DNA of 64,000 nucleotides from Octopus bimaculoides. Its lineage: Eukaryota. The stretch lies in the NCBI RefSeq assembly GCF_001194135.2, contig NC_068989.1:7401973-7465972 (forward strand). Reading direction: 5' to 3'. The notes under the pieces were generated by a model that was not told where the DNA came from, did no database searches, and saw only the letters and a program-made list of their open reading frames with translations. Made by a program: the position numbers and the translations under genes. Below are positions 51,501-62,562 of the stretch, in pieces. How positions within the stretch are numbered: position 1 is the first letter of the stretch; each line of letters starts with the position of its first letter.

Positions 51501-54500
51501 AGAAGTCCTTAAGTAGGAGTCGATAATTTTCAGTGCAGGAAGTCTACTCTGTAAAGTGGTTNNNNNNNNNNNNNNNNNNNNNNNNNNNNNNNNNNNNNNN
51601 NNNNNNNNNNNNNNNNNNNNNNNNNNNNNNNNNNNNNNNNNNNNNNNNNNNNNNNNNNNNNNNNNNNNNNNNNNNNNNNNNNNNNNNNNNNNNNNNNNNN
51701 NNNNNNNNNNNNNNNNNNNNNNNNNNNNNNNNNNNNNNNNNNNNNNNNNNNNNNNNNNNNNNNNNNNNNNNNNNNNNNNNNNNNNNNNNNNNNNNNNNNN
51801 NNNNNNNNNNNNNNNNNNNNNNNNNNNNNNNNNNNNNNNNNNNNNNNNNNNNNNNNNNNNNNNNNNNNNNNNNNNNNNNNNNNGCCCGCCAAAGCAGACC
51901 TTGCCGATGCTGGTGCTACATAAAAAGCACCCAGTCCAGTTTAAAGTGGTTGGCATTAGGAAGGGCATCCAGCCATAAAATGCCCGCCAAAGCAGACCTT
52001 GCCGATGCTGGTGCTACATAAAAAGCACCCAGTCCAGTTTAAAGTGGTTGGCATTAGGAAGGGCATCCAGCCATAAAATGCATGTCAAAACAGTGGAGCA
52101 TGGTGCAGTCCTCTGGCTTACCAGCTTCTAACAAATTGTCCAACCCATGACAGCATGGAAAATGAACATTAAATGGTGATGGTAATTATGATGACGATAT
52201 GATGACGATGATAGCATTTGTTGGTGATTGTGCATTTTTACCAACTTCGACTCAACGGCACTGACCAATGCATAATCAAAATGGAACTCAGAATTAAACA
52301 ATTGAAAAGAACATAGACAGGTGCAGGCAAGATTGTGTGGTTAAAAAGCTCACTTCGCAACCACAAGGTTTTGGGTTCAGTCCCAATGTGTGACACCTTA
52401 GGCAAGTGTCTTTTAATATAGCCTTGGGCTGACCAATGCCTTATGGGTGATTTTGATAGCTGGAAACTATGTGGAAGCCCACCGAGTATGTGTATGGTTG
52501 TGTGTGTGCGCGTGCACATGTATGTATGTTTGTTCCCTCTACCACTGCTTTGTAACTGGTGTTGGTTTGTTTATGTCCCTGTAACACTGGTCTGGCAAAA
52601 GAAATTGACAGAGTAAATACCAGACTTTAAAAATAGTATCGGCTTGAACTTAAAATGCTCCAAGGTGGTGGTCCAGCTTGGCTGCAGTCCAATGAGTGAA
52701 GCAAATAAAAGAAAAGATTTAAAAAACTTAAAACTTCTTAGCAAATTTTTAGAAATATAAAATGGTTAAGTTGGACACAGAACACTCAGATATCAACCGA
52801 CACCATAGGAGACCACTGAACACAAAACACAACCATACATATACACACATCTTTGAATAACTGGCTGAAACATGTGAAAACCTGTTTTTACTTTTGCTGG
52901 ATAAAACAGCAAATATTTTATATACTAAGTAATTAAATAGTCAAATCAATGCTAATAAACAAGGCATGAAAAAAAAAAAAAGAGATGACAAATATTTCTG
53001 TAGCTATATTTAATCAATATTTCAATGCTTATCATTATTATTATCATTCTGTAGTCTTATTATTATCACGTGCTTTCACTGCACTACCAAGCGCAGCTCT
53101 GTGTTCCTTGGGTATGTGCTGTGGTTTGTTGTGATGCTCTTATGGTTACTGCATTGAAAGTGTTTTATGTAGGATGTGTGCGGTGCCTAGTAGTGCTATT
53201 TTCTGTATGTTATATATATTTGTAAGTCCTGGTGTTTTTGTTACATATTTGTCTGAATATTTTTTTTATCATACCTAATACGCCCACTATGATAGGAATT
53301 GTTTCTGTTTTTAAACTCCACATTCAGGTTACCTCTATTTCCGGGTCTTTGGATTTTGAAAGTCTCTCCATTTCTTTTAGAGAAATTATTATTATTAAGG
53401 CGGTGAGCTGGCAGAATCATTAGCATGCTGGACAAAATGCTTAGCAGTATTTCACCTGTCCTGGTCTTCTTAGCCCACTTGTATGTTTCTTCTAACTCAT
53501 GTTGCAGGTGCACAGCATCTCCAGGGTTTTCTATCACCTGTGGGACTTTTGTATCATCTGCATAACTTGTGATCGTGGCTAAGGGCATATCTGAGAGGAC
53601 CATTATAGACAGTAGTGGTCCCAAAACAGTGCCTTGCAGAACCCCACTCACTGTTTGCATGTCATTGGCTACTACTGAAGAAAATGAATTAGCTTAAGTT
53701 TGTACTCAATATTTTATTTATTGTGTGTGTGTGTGTGTGTTTGTGTGCTCATGCATGCAGTTTGTGTGCTCGTGCATGCATAAATTGAGATTTCTTAAAG
53801 CTATAACCACAAAGAGTTATTTGTTATGTTACGCTTACCCCCTACTGGTTGATCTTTTCCATTTCTTTGTTACGTTAAAATGTTTTGTATTTTCTCTTTA
53901 TCGTCTCCTCTTCTCTCTCTCCCTTCATCCCTTTCGCATGGAAAAGATCAAAATTTAGGATCTCAGATTCACAAACAATATGGACATTGTTCATGATGTG
54001 AAAGTGACGCCAACATTAATTTCAGATAATGGAGCTATCTACGTATGGACCAAAAGTAGCCAGAGACATACAGCCTAAAGGAAGCACCCAAAATCTCTCC
54101 AGTCTTAATTTCCACAAAGCAAACTGGAAATTGATCCAAAAAGAGATCCTTAGACAGAAATACAAAGAGATACAAATGAGAAAAAAATACCAAAAATGCA
54201 TGAATATTGCATATATTTCTATAGCAATATTCTTTTCTACTCTAGGTACAAGGCCTGAAATTTTTGGGGAGGGGGCCAGTCGATTAGATTGACACCAGTA
54301 CACAACTAGTACTTTAATTTATCAACCCTGAAAGGATTTCTATAGCAGTATTATCATGCTAGAATGGACATATTGTGATATATAGAACTAAGAAAGTCAG
54401 AACAGATAAACTGAATAAGATTACTCCATAGCATTATATTTCTGATTTGAAATATGAAATCAAAGTTCTAAATGAACAGATATAAATAAAGGAAATAACA

Positions 54501-57500
54501 TTAATACATGGGTGTGTTTGGAAGCTTATAACTGGAGAGGCATGGAAGGATATACATTCAGGAGATAAAAAATGTGAGATAAGGCATGATCAACTGGAAG
54601 TAATGTGAATAGATAGGCATTAGGTTTGACAGATTAACATTAGAGTTAATCTGAATACTTGAATTAACCCTTTCATGACCAACCTGGCTGAAACCAGCTC
54701 TGGCTCTGAGTACAAATGTCTGGTTTTCATAAGTTTTGAATTAAAATCTTCCACCAAACCTTAGTTATAAATTATGTAACTAACACTAGCTGAATGGTAA
54801 CTAAGTCATTTTACTAAATTCTTTGTTATATCTAAAATTAATTGAAAGAAACACAAAACATCTCAACATAAATATGGTCACAAAAGGGTTAAAATATATA
54901 ACAGAGAAACAATTCTTAACCCTTTTGATACCATCCCAGCTGAAACCACCTCTGGTTCTGAGTACAAATGTCTTGTTTCCATTATGTCAGACATAAGAAG
55001 CATCAGATGTGGTGTGCAAGAGAGATGACTGTGCTGGTATGGTCATGTGCTGCGTATGGATGAGGAGAGCTGTGTGAAGAAATGTCACACTGTGGAAGAG
55101 GTAGACCCAAGAAGACACAGATTGAGGTGGTGAAGCACGACCTTCGAACGTTGAGCCTCACAGAAGCAATGACAAGCAGCTGAGACCTTTGGAGATATGC
55201 TGTGCTTGAGAAGACCCGGTAAGCCAGGTGAGACCCTAGTCGTGGTTGATGCCGGTGTCACATAACTGGCCCATTTAAAAGCACCCTTGGGCAATATGCT
55301 GTGCTTGTGAAGACCTGTTGAATGGAGTGAAATTGTAGTCGTGGCCGACGCCAGTGCCACCTGATTGGCACCCATGCTGGGTGTAGGTATATATATAGCT
55401 GTGTTTGTTGGTTTGTTTTCTTTCCGTAAATGATAAAGTTGTGGGTGAAGATGTTTATGTTAGCGTATGGTGTGTAATGTGTGTGTGCAGGGTGGGGGGT
55501 CTGTGTATATGTGGGGATACAATTTGTGTGAAGGGGTATGTGTTGNNNNNNNNNNNNNNNNNNNNNNNNNNNNNNNNNNNNNNNNNNNNNNNNNNNNNNN
55601 NNNNNNNNNNNNNNNNNNNNNNNNNNNNNNNNNNNNNNNNNNNNNNNNNNNNNNNNNNNNNNNNNNNNNNNNNNNNNNNNNNNNNNNNNNNNNNNNNNNN
55701 NNNNNNNNNNNNNNNNNNNNNNNNNNNNNNNNNNNNNNNNNNNNNNNNNNNNNNNNNNNNNNNNNNNNNNNNNNNNNNNNNNNNNNNNNNNNNNNNNNNN
55801 NNNNNNNNNNNNNNNNNNNNNNNNNNNNNNNNNNNNNNNNNNNNNNNNNNNNNNNNNNNNNNNNNNNNNNNNNNNNNNNNNNNNNNNNNNNNNNNNNNNN
55901 NNNNNNNNNNNNNNNNNNNNNNNNNNNNNNNNNNNNNNNNNNNNNNNNNNNNNNNNNNNNNNNNNNNNNNNNNNNNNNNNNNNNNNNNNNNNNNNNNNNN
56001 NNNNNNNNNNNNNNNNNNNNNNNNNNNNNNNNNNNNNNNNNNNNNNNNNNNNNNNNNNNNNNNNNNNNNNNNNNNNNNNNNNNNNNNNNNNNNNNNNNNN
56101 NNNNNNNNNNNNNNNNNNNNNNNNNNNNNNNNNNNNNNNNNNNNNNNNNNNNNNNNNNNNNNNNNNNNNNNNNNNNNNNNNNNNNNNNNNNNNNNNNNNN
56201 NNNNNNNNNNNNNNNNNNNNNNNNNNNNNNNNNNNNNNNNNNNNNNNNNNNNNNNNNNNNNNNNNNNNNNNNNNNNNNNNNNNNNNNNNNNNNNNNNNNN
56301 NNNNNNNNNNNNNNNNNNNNNNNNNNNNNNNNNNNNNNNNNNNNNNNNNNNNNNNNNNNNNNNNNNNNNNNNNNNNNNNNNNNNNNNNNNNNNNNNNNNN
56401 NNNNNNNNNNNNNNNNNNNNNNNNNNNNNNNNNNNNNNNNTGGTTAGCTTGCTTACCAACCACATGGTTCCGGGTTCAGTCCCACTGCGTGGCATCTTGA
56501 GCAAGTGTCTTCTACTATAGCCTCGGGCCGACCAAAGCCTTGTGAGTGGATTTGGTAGACGGAAACTGAAAGAAACCCGTCGTATATATGTATATATATA
56601 TATGTGTGTATGTGTGTGTATATGTTTGCGTGTCTGTGTTTGTCCCCCCAACATCGCTTGACAACCGATGCTGGTGTGTTTACGTCCCCCGTAACTTAGC
56701 AGTTCGGCAGAAGAGACTGATAGAATAAGTACTAGGCTTACAAAGAATAAGTCCTGAGGACCATTGGCTCGATTAAAGGCGATGCTCCAGCCTGGCCGCA
56801 GTCAAATGACTGAAACAAGTAAAAGAGCTGATAAAAGTGCTTTCATTTTCTCTATGAAAATGTCTTCAGTGTTTGCATTAACTCCCCCTGATTTGAAGGC
56901 TGGACCTCAATGTTACGGCTATACCGCAAAGGAATGTAACTATTACCACAAGGCATTTAGAGCAGTACTCGACCCGGATATGTACGGTGTGAGGTATAAT
57001 TCCATACACTTCCTTTGTGTGTGTGTGTGTGTGTGTGTGTAAGGAGGGGGAGAAATGGTGAATGTAATAAACTGTGAACAGCTGGTACTTTTTTCAAACT
57101 CATTGCAAACGGGTATTATTACTGCATAAATCGCATAACTAAATCTTGATACAATTTTTTTTTTGCTCCCTTCATAGTTTTAGCTTTGCCCCGTGTATAA
57201 AATCGCACCCCAGTATTTTCAGATAAAATCGGTCACAGAATCGGTGCAACGTATACAAGAATAAATACGGCAATTGTTTAGAATTTAGTGCAACAAGAGC
57301 TGTGATTGTTGTACGATATCCACAAATTCCGGGAAATACGAGACCGACAACCAGTTTTAAATAACCATGTCTCTTTTATTCAAATGAGTAATTCTTTTGA
57401 CGAAGGCATAACTAACCTAATTTCTTTTATAACATACAAACGTATGATATGATTCAGCGCCTATTCAAGGAAATGAATAATCATTGAATTATGAATGTTG

Positions 57501-58439
57501 GAATACGTACTAATATAATTTATACTATATCGATATTGCATACCCTTCGACGTGGAAATACAATAAGCATTTTCTCCCTCGAATTTTTAATCCACCACTT
57601 TTTCGATCTCACGATGTACTTTTGTTTCTTTGTCCATATGTGTGTGTGGATAGATAGATAGATAGATGATTAGAGTTAGACAGATAGAATGATAGATAGA
57701 TACTTATCAATATTAAGAATGGTCTCAGTTCTCAATCACAGAAACTTGAAAAGCATATGAAAAAAATCGACGTGTAGTATAAATTAAGAAAGAGGGCCAA
57801 GTGATGGATTACCAGGGATCTTTTGCAACAACTAAACCGTTAAGAAGTATTTGTTTGATTAAAATTAAGACCACAACTCTAATTTAGATTATCAGCTGGA
57901 CCTAATATATTTTTGCCCGGATGTAAAACGGGACCGCCTTACCGATTCTCTGTTCCCTATAAACCTATGTATGTAAATNNNNNNNNNNNNNNNNNNNNNN
58001 NNNNNNNNNNNNNNNNNNNNNNNNNNNNNNNNNNNNNNNNNNNNNNNNNNNNNNNNNNNNNNNNNNNNNNNNNNNNNNNNNNNNNNNNNNNNNNNNNNNN
58101 NNNNNNNNNNNNNNNNNNNNNNNNNNNNNNNNNNNNNNNNNNNNNNNNNNNNNNNNNNNNNNNNNNNNNNNNNNNNNNNNNNNNNNATATATATATATAT
58201 ATATATATATATAATAATTTCTAAAAGATGATCGATATCGAACGATGAAAATTTTCTTCACTTACTTTATTTGTTTTCAAATTCACACACAATATCTGGC
58301 CGGCAGGTTTATCGTTTTTTTCCACTTCGGGAGCCACAACGTAAAAACAACCTGATTTATCAAAGACAGGGCCTTCTGAACCAAGAACATCTGATGCCAC
58401 TTTGGTAAATAAAGGTTCATCGACTGGTATACTTTCCAT
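39511..58439 (-). CDS. Squid-type diisopropylfluorophosphatase (DFPase; Ca2+-dependent six-bladed beta-propeller phosphotriesterase, SMP-30/gluconolactonase superfamily), 310 aa, 5 exons
   Basis: Exons (minus strand) 58439-58266, 47809-47669, 41404-41273, 40597-40384 and 39782-39511 (933 nt), GT-AG, phases 0,0,0,1. Collinear with Loligo vulgaris DFPase: EPLFTKV, EGPVFDK, APEVE, GYGGIPAGCQ, FVADMRLGLL, MQGCNDCAFDY, FPNGIAV, LIVAETPTK, HEGGADGMDFD, LLVANWGS, KPSN, VTEHENNAVWKF. Confidence 0.96.
40974..41202. mobile_element. TTAA-flanked MITE, second family (AACCTGGCTGAAACC...TCTGAGTACAAATGTC core)
   Basis: TIRs TTAACCCTT and AAGGGTTAA, about 229 bp. Further copies at 54664-54892, 54917-54980 (partial), about 60540-60652 (partial) and 60675-60903. 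Confidence 0.8.
42517..42672 (-). mobile_element. RTE-clade LINE ORF2 fragment next to an assembly gap
   Basis: DMRKLARNEASMLRWMCNVSVHTRQSVSILREKLNIRSISCGVQ. The matching 3' tail lies across the gap at about 41875-42055. Confidence 0.75.
43511..44043 (+). repeat. Direct duplication of 196 bp (43511-43706 and 43848-44043)
   Basis: The two copies are collinear with scattered substitutions. A partial third copy lies at about 63779-63861. Confidence 0.85.
44690..45225 (+). mobile_element. Tandem/composite SINEs of the GAAGGCGGCGAGCTGGCAGAA...GAGTTCAAATTC family
   Basis: Repeated unit TTCTGAGTTCAAATTCCGCCGAGGTCGACTTTGCCTTTCATCC...TAAGTACCAGT...GGGGTCGAT. Similar clusters (approximate): 19250-19790(-), 30715-31150(-), 28545-28725(+), 46320-46550(-), 5964-6090(+), 20860-20985(-). 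Confidence 0.8.
45850..46076. mobile_element. TTAA-flanked MITE, TTAACCCTTTAGCATT family
   Basis: Imperfect TIRs TTAACCATTTAGCATT and AATGCTAAAGGATTAA. A longer, gapped relative lies at 36311-37355 and a fragment at about 33155-33215. Confidence 0.75.
47145..47410 (+). mobile_element. Internally deleted hAT transposon relic
   Basis: Terminus-like CAGTGCTGGATTAACC at 47145. 47268-47400 encodes QDALSLIWIKADVLWKINFEDLIKDFAIKKSRRKLF, resembling the hAT transposase C-terminus. A related terminus (reverse) lies at about 33790-33831. Confidence 0.65.
47893..47959. other. Near-perfect fold-back (17-bp stem + mismatch + 4-5 bp) followed by an 8-bp hairpin
   Basis: CTTATGTATACCAATTG (47893-47909) pairs with CAATTGGTATACATAAG (47924-47940); GTAGGTAT (47940-47947) pairs with ATACCTAC (47952-47959). 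Confidence 0.9.
48970..49259. mobile_element. TTAA-flanked (piggyBac-like) MITE carrying the DFPase exon fragment
   Basis: Ends TTAATTCTTTAGCATT and ATGTTAAAGGGTTAA. Both arms match the sister copy at 45850-46076 in reverse orientation, but the central part is replaced by DFPase sequence. Confidence 0.8.
49084..49186 (-). pseudogene. Partial copy of DFPase exon 2 embedded in a MITE
   Basis: Ungapped 103-nt match to 47702-47804 with 14 mismatches. Translates as ILREPEINSYGGIPAGCQFGRLDNLFLADMRLGL. It has no acceptor AG or donor GT and is bracketed by in-frame TAA stops. Confidence 0.9.
49300..50130 (-). mobile_element. Degenerate R4/Dong-like (restriction-like endonuclease) non-LTR retrotransposon fragment
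   Basis: After removing the nested insert the minus strand reads WY*HQTESLIE...FLWDFTVQTEFEIQER*LDIIILDK|VSKECIIIDVAMLADMNV. This is the characteristic WYxH / LWDFxIQTD / (PD)IxIxDK..ECxIIDVAxP RLE region. Confidence 0.75.
49496..49907 (-). mobile_element. 5'-truncated RTE tail/SINE inserted into an older RLE-type LINE, with a 6-bp TSD
   Basis: Standard RTE 3'UTR on the minus strand, flanked by TTTGTC at 49490-49495 and 49908-49913. Confidence 0.85.
53462..53660 (-). mobile_element. CR1/L2-like LINE reverse transcriptase fragment
   Basis: SGVLQGTVLGPLL...YADDTK...LQHELEETYKWA (RT motifs PQG..LGP and YADD). Confidence 0.85.
53955..54170 (+). mobile_element. CR1/L2-like LINE endonuclease C-terminus/linker fragment
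   Basis: DLRFTNNMDIVHDVKVTPTLISDN (LDLxFTN...SDH-like), then, after a frameshift, LNFHKANWKLIQKEI. Confidence 0.7.
54664..54892. mobile_element. TTAA-flanked MITE, second family
   Basis: High similarity to 40974-41202, with TTAACCCTTT and AAAGGGTTAA ends. Confidence 0.8.
54985..55380 (+). mobile_element. RTE-clade LINE 3' fragment
   Basis: Degenerate IRSIRCGVQER..CWYGHVLRMDEESCVKKC..GRPKKT..EVVKHDLRTLSLTEAMT. Confidence 0.75.
56441..56826 (+). mobile_element. tRNA-derived SINE with internal (TA)/(TG) microsatellite (most abundant family in the window)
   Basis: ...GCTTACCAACCACATGGTTCCGGGTTCAGTCCCACTGCG...(TA)n(TG)n...GCAGTCAAATGACTGAAACAAGTAAAAG. Other copies (approximate): 2288-2620(-), 3895-4110(-), 6355-6550(+), 14358-14720(-), 25354-25560(+), 26555-26720(-), 35830-36012(-), 47958-48410(-), 51040-51425(+), 52320-52712(+), 60065-60500(-), 61510-61806(+). 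Confidence 0.85.
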
Positions 58440-60064
58440 GGTATCTCGCACTTGACGACGTCCGTAACATAGAACTTCAACGTTGCAAATATGTTGATAC
58501 GAATGTCTCTTACTCTGTCTTTCTCACATTGTCACCACTCTTCCTCACTCTCATTTCCATATTCTCTCTCTCTCTCTCTCTCTATCTATCTTTCCCTCTA
58601 ATTTCTCATTAATTCACATCGCTCCTTACACAGCTTTTTCATTCTCTTTCTGTTCACACACCTTTTTGGGGTTTTTTTTGTTTCATTTCGTTCATTTCAT
58701 TCTTCTAACTTATTAATTTTTCCTATTTTTTCTGTCATTTCACTACCCCCCCCTCTTTCTCTCACTCATTACTCCTCTTTCATTATTATTTAAATATTTC
58801 TCATCATTCACCGGCAACATCTCTTACACATCTACAAGAAACAGCAAACTACGTGGAAACTAATGATGGTTTCGTGACAGTAAATAAATAACACGACCAA
58901 AAATTATAAGATAACAGGTAGCATACTTGATGCCGTAAAGAACGAAAAAAAAAACTGTTTCGGAATAAACTATTAGTACCTTATGGGGAAAGAAAAGTGA
59001 CAGAATTGGAATATAAAATATAGAGAAAAAATGAAATTCTGGGGAGAAAAGAGAAAATCTTTGAGAATCTAATATCCGTGTACGAAACAGAATACTTAAA
59101 GAAAAAAAAAGAAAAAAGCCCAACACCTGTTTGTTTACCATCAGGTATACTGAAACTCCGCAAATAACAACAAAAACAACAATAATAATAATAATGAATA
59201 AATAAAAAAATATATCTTTATATATATGTATATCTTAAGTGTGGAGGTGCAATGGCCCAGTCATAGGATCGCGGTTTCGATTCCTAGACCGGGCGTTGTG
59301 AGTGTTTATTGAGCGAAAAGACCTAAAAGCTTCACGAGGCTCCGGCAGGGGTGGGGGTGGAGTGTCTGTGGAGTGCTCAGCCACTTGCACGTTAATTTCA
59401 CGAGCAGGCTGTTCCGTTGATCGGATCAACTGGAACCCCTCGACGTCGTAAGCGACGGAGTGCCAACAACATATCTTAAGTAATGAAAACGATCATTGCC
59501 CGAACGATCGATATTAGTAAGAAAAGACTGAGATAACCCCACCAGAATAAAATTAAAGAAAAATTAACATATGAAAGGGAATCATTATGCTAGCACAACT
59601 GATAACACCAGACACATTCGGGTACCGGTTGCATTGATAACAAGCTCGATGAGGCGTCCTTTTGGGGTTAAAAAATGGTAGTTAAGTCGGTTCGTACGGA
59701 ATAGCTATGATGAAGTGGAGACAAGCATTACTTTACAGAACAGTTACTACTTTCAGTTCTTATAGAAATATTCTAATTACTTTGCTTTCTTGTTTTATCG
59801 ATCTTCACTATATTCTATATTTCATGAAATTTTCGGGGTTGTCTCACCTTGCTTTTTTTTTAAATTTTGTTCTTTGTTATCACAACTAATCATTTCGTTG
59901 AGGGATTCCAAACGATTTTTCACTTCTGGACCCATTTCTTTACCGTTTTACTCTGATGGGCCGTCATAACCATTCGATGTTTAATAACTGGTTTTACAGA
60001 GACATTTTGCAAAATTCGAATTTTGCTTTTCATCCATTCATTTTCTTTTCTTTTTTTTATTTTT

Positions 60065-60500
60065 TTACTTGTGTCAGTCATTTGACTGCGGTCACGCTGG
60101 AGCACCGTCTTTTGTCGAACAAATTGACCCCAGGATTTATTCTTTGTAAGCCTAATACTTATTCCATCGGTCTCTTTTTGCCGAACTGCTAGAATACGGG
60201 TACGCAAACACACCAACTTCGGTTGTCAAGCGATGGTGGGGAGACAAACACAGACACACAAACATATAAGTATATATATATATATATATATATATATAAG
60301 TATATATATATATATAAGTGTGTGTGTGTGTGTGTGTGTACGATGGGCTTCTTTCAGTTTCCGTCAACCAAATCCACTCACAAGGCTTTGGTCGGCCCGA
60401 GGCTATAGTAGAAGACACTTGCCCAAGATGCCACGCAGTGGGACTGAACCTGGAATAATGTGGTTGGGAAGCAAGTTTCTTACCACACAACCACTCCTGC
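60065..60500 (-). mobile_element. Near full-length copy of the microsatellite-containing SINE
   Basis: Reverse complement of the 56441-56826 family, including the tRNA-like head. Confidence 0.85.
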
Positions 60501-60674
60501 ACCTTTGTAGGTTTGCAATAGAGAAGATAATAGGAAGATAAATTGTGACTAAGGTTTAGTGGAAGATTTAAATTCAAAACTTAATGGAAACAAGACATTT
60601 GAACCACAGAGCCAGAGCCGGTTTCAGCCAGGTTGGTACCAAAAGGGTTAAGAATTGTTTTCCTATTATATATT

Positions 60675-60903
60675 TTAACCCTTTTGTTACCATATTTCTG
60701 TTGAGATGCTTTGTGTTTCTTTCAATTAATTTTAAATATATCAAAGAATTAGTAAAATAACTTAGTTATCATTAAGCTAGTGTTAGGAACATAAATTGTG
60801 ACTAAGGTTTGGTGGAAGATTTTAATTTAAAATTTATGAAAACCAGACATTTGTACTACAGAGACAGAACCGGTTTCAGCCGGGTTGGTACCAAAAGGGT
60901 TAA
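60675..60903. mobile_element. TTAA-flanked MITE, second family (reverse orientation)
   Basis: Reverse complement of 40974-41202, with TTAACCCTTTTG and CAAAAGGGTTAA ends. Confidence 0.8.
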
Positions 60904-61807
60904 TGGAATAGCAAAGGAAAGTATTGATTGTACTCACTGTGCAAAATTAGTCTCTACTTAGATTAAAATAATCTTCTTTTTCCAGTAGTCATCAGGTCCA
61001 GTCAAAGACCACAAGGACCAAGAGAAATTCCACTCTAAATATAATGATTAATGGTACTTATGTGTGCAATGACTTAAATAGCACTTATGTGCTTGAGACG
61101 TAAGAGAACTGAGATGATGTAATTGTCATTATCCTCACCATCATTGCTGCCTCAGCCACCATCGCTGCCACCACCACCACCACCAACATTACCACTGCCG
61201 CCGCTGCCACCACTACCACCATCATCATCATTTGCCATCCAATTTTCCAAGGTTGCATGAATCAGACCAGATGGAATTTGTTGAGGTAGGTCTTCTTTGA
61301 CTGGATGCCTTTCCAGTCTGTGACCCTCACCTGTTATGAAAGGAAGTAAAATTTTCCCCATAGCTAGACATGTTTTATATGCAAGACTGGAAACGGACAA
61401 TCATATATGCATGATGGTGATGCTCAAATGCTGTTTAGACCATCACACCATGTCTAAACAAGGATGCATATAAACACATACACACACACACAAATATTTA
61501 CATACATAGAGGACTGGCTGTGTGGTAAGAGGTTTGCTTGCCAACCACATAGTTCCAGGTTCAGTCCCACTGCGTGGCACCTTGGGCAAGTGTCTTCTAC
61601 TATAGCCTCAGGCTGACCAAAGCCTTGTGAGTGGATTTGGTAGACGGAAACTGAAAGAAGCCCGTCGTATATATGTATGTTTGCGTGTCTGTGCTTGTCC
61701 CCCCAACATCGCTTGACAACTGATACTGGTGTGTTTACGTCCCCGTAACTTAGCGCTTCGGCAAAAGAGATTAATAGAATAAGTACTAGGCTCACAAAGA
61801 ATAAGTC

Positions 61808-61955
61808 CAGAAGGTCCAGAAAAGGCGGGAACGCGTTGATATAGGATGACCACGCATGCACATGAGGGACTTCCTACATGCCTTCCGGAAGACATGTCCC
61901 TGCGCATGCGTGGATGAACTTCCCAAAATGGCAACTGGTATTAGGTGTCACTACA
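61808..61955 (-). mobile_element. LTR-like fragment related to 15133-15650
   Basis: Shared start TGTAGTGAC and core GCATGCGCAGGG..CTTC(C/T)GGAA..GTCCCT.ATG(C/T)GCATGC. Confidence 0.45.
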
Positions 61956-62562
61956 CTCTATATCAATATAACAAAAGCATTCAATCCTATTGGTTATAAT
62001 CAATGCCGTCAGCATTAATTTGTATCCGAGTCTATTGTGAGCAACTGAGCCAGTCCATCCTTATGGATGCAAAAGGTTAGGGTTAGGGATGTGGCAGTTC
62101 AGACTAAAGGTAGTATAGATGAGCCAGGGGAATCTATCACTGTAAAAAATTGCTAAGGGACAACAAATTGTGAGATGCTCTTTGCGTCTTTGATGCCTGT
62201 CCCCTTGACATCTGTTATTTTCGATCTGGTCCGTCCCCTCATTGATGACAAGCCACCACTTTAGGTGGTACTTGGCAAGTATCCCTCAGGTATTTGGGTC
62301 TGGGTCAATACACTCATAGAGGAAAGTGGCCTTGAGCTGGTTTCAGCTTTATTAGTTATAATAAGTTTAAACAAATATCAGTCTTATAATTTTGTCACGC
62401 TAATGATATAACAGGGCAAAGATTACTTATCTCAGAGAATTTAGTTTGTTTATATTGAAGATAATCCTCTCTTGCAGACATCAGTGTAGTTATGAAGTTT
62501 GCTTCGCAACCAGATGGTTTTGTGCCACTGAGTGACACCTCGGGCTAATATTTCCCACCATT

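Noticed and set aside
51884-52079. Perfect 98-bp tandem duplication
   Set aside because: It is 100% identical and abuts an N-gap, so it is most likely a gap-closing artefact. It lies within an RTE tail and is not a CRISPR or satellite.
55258-56654. 320-400 aa ORFs
   Set aside because: They consist almost entirely of the N-gap at 55546-56440 flanked by SINE sequence.
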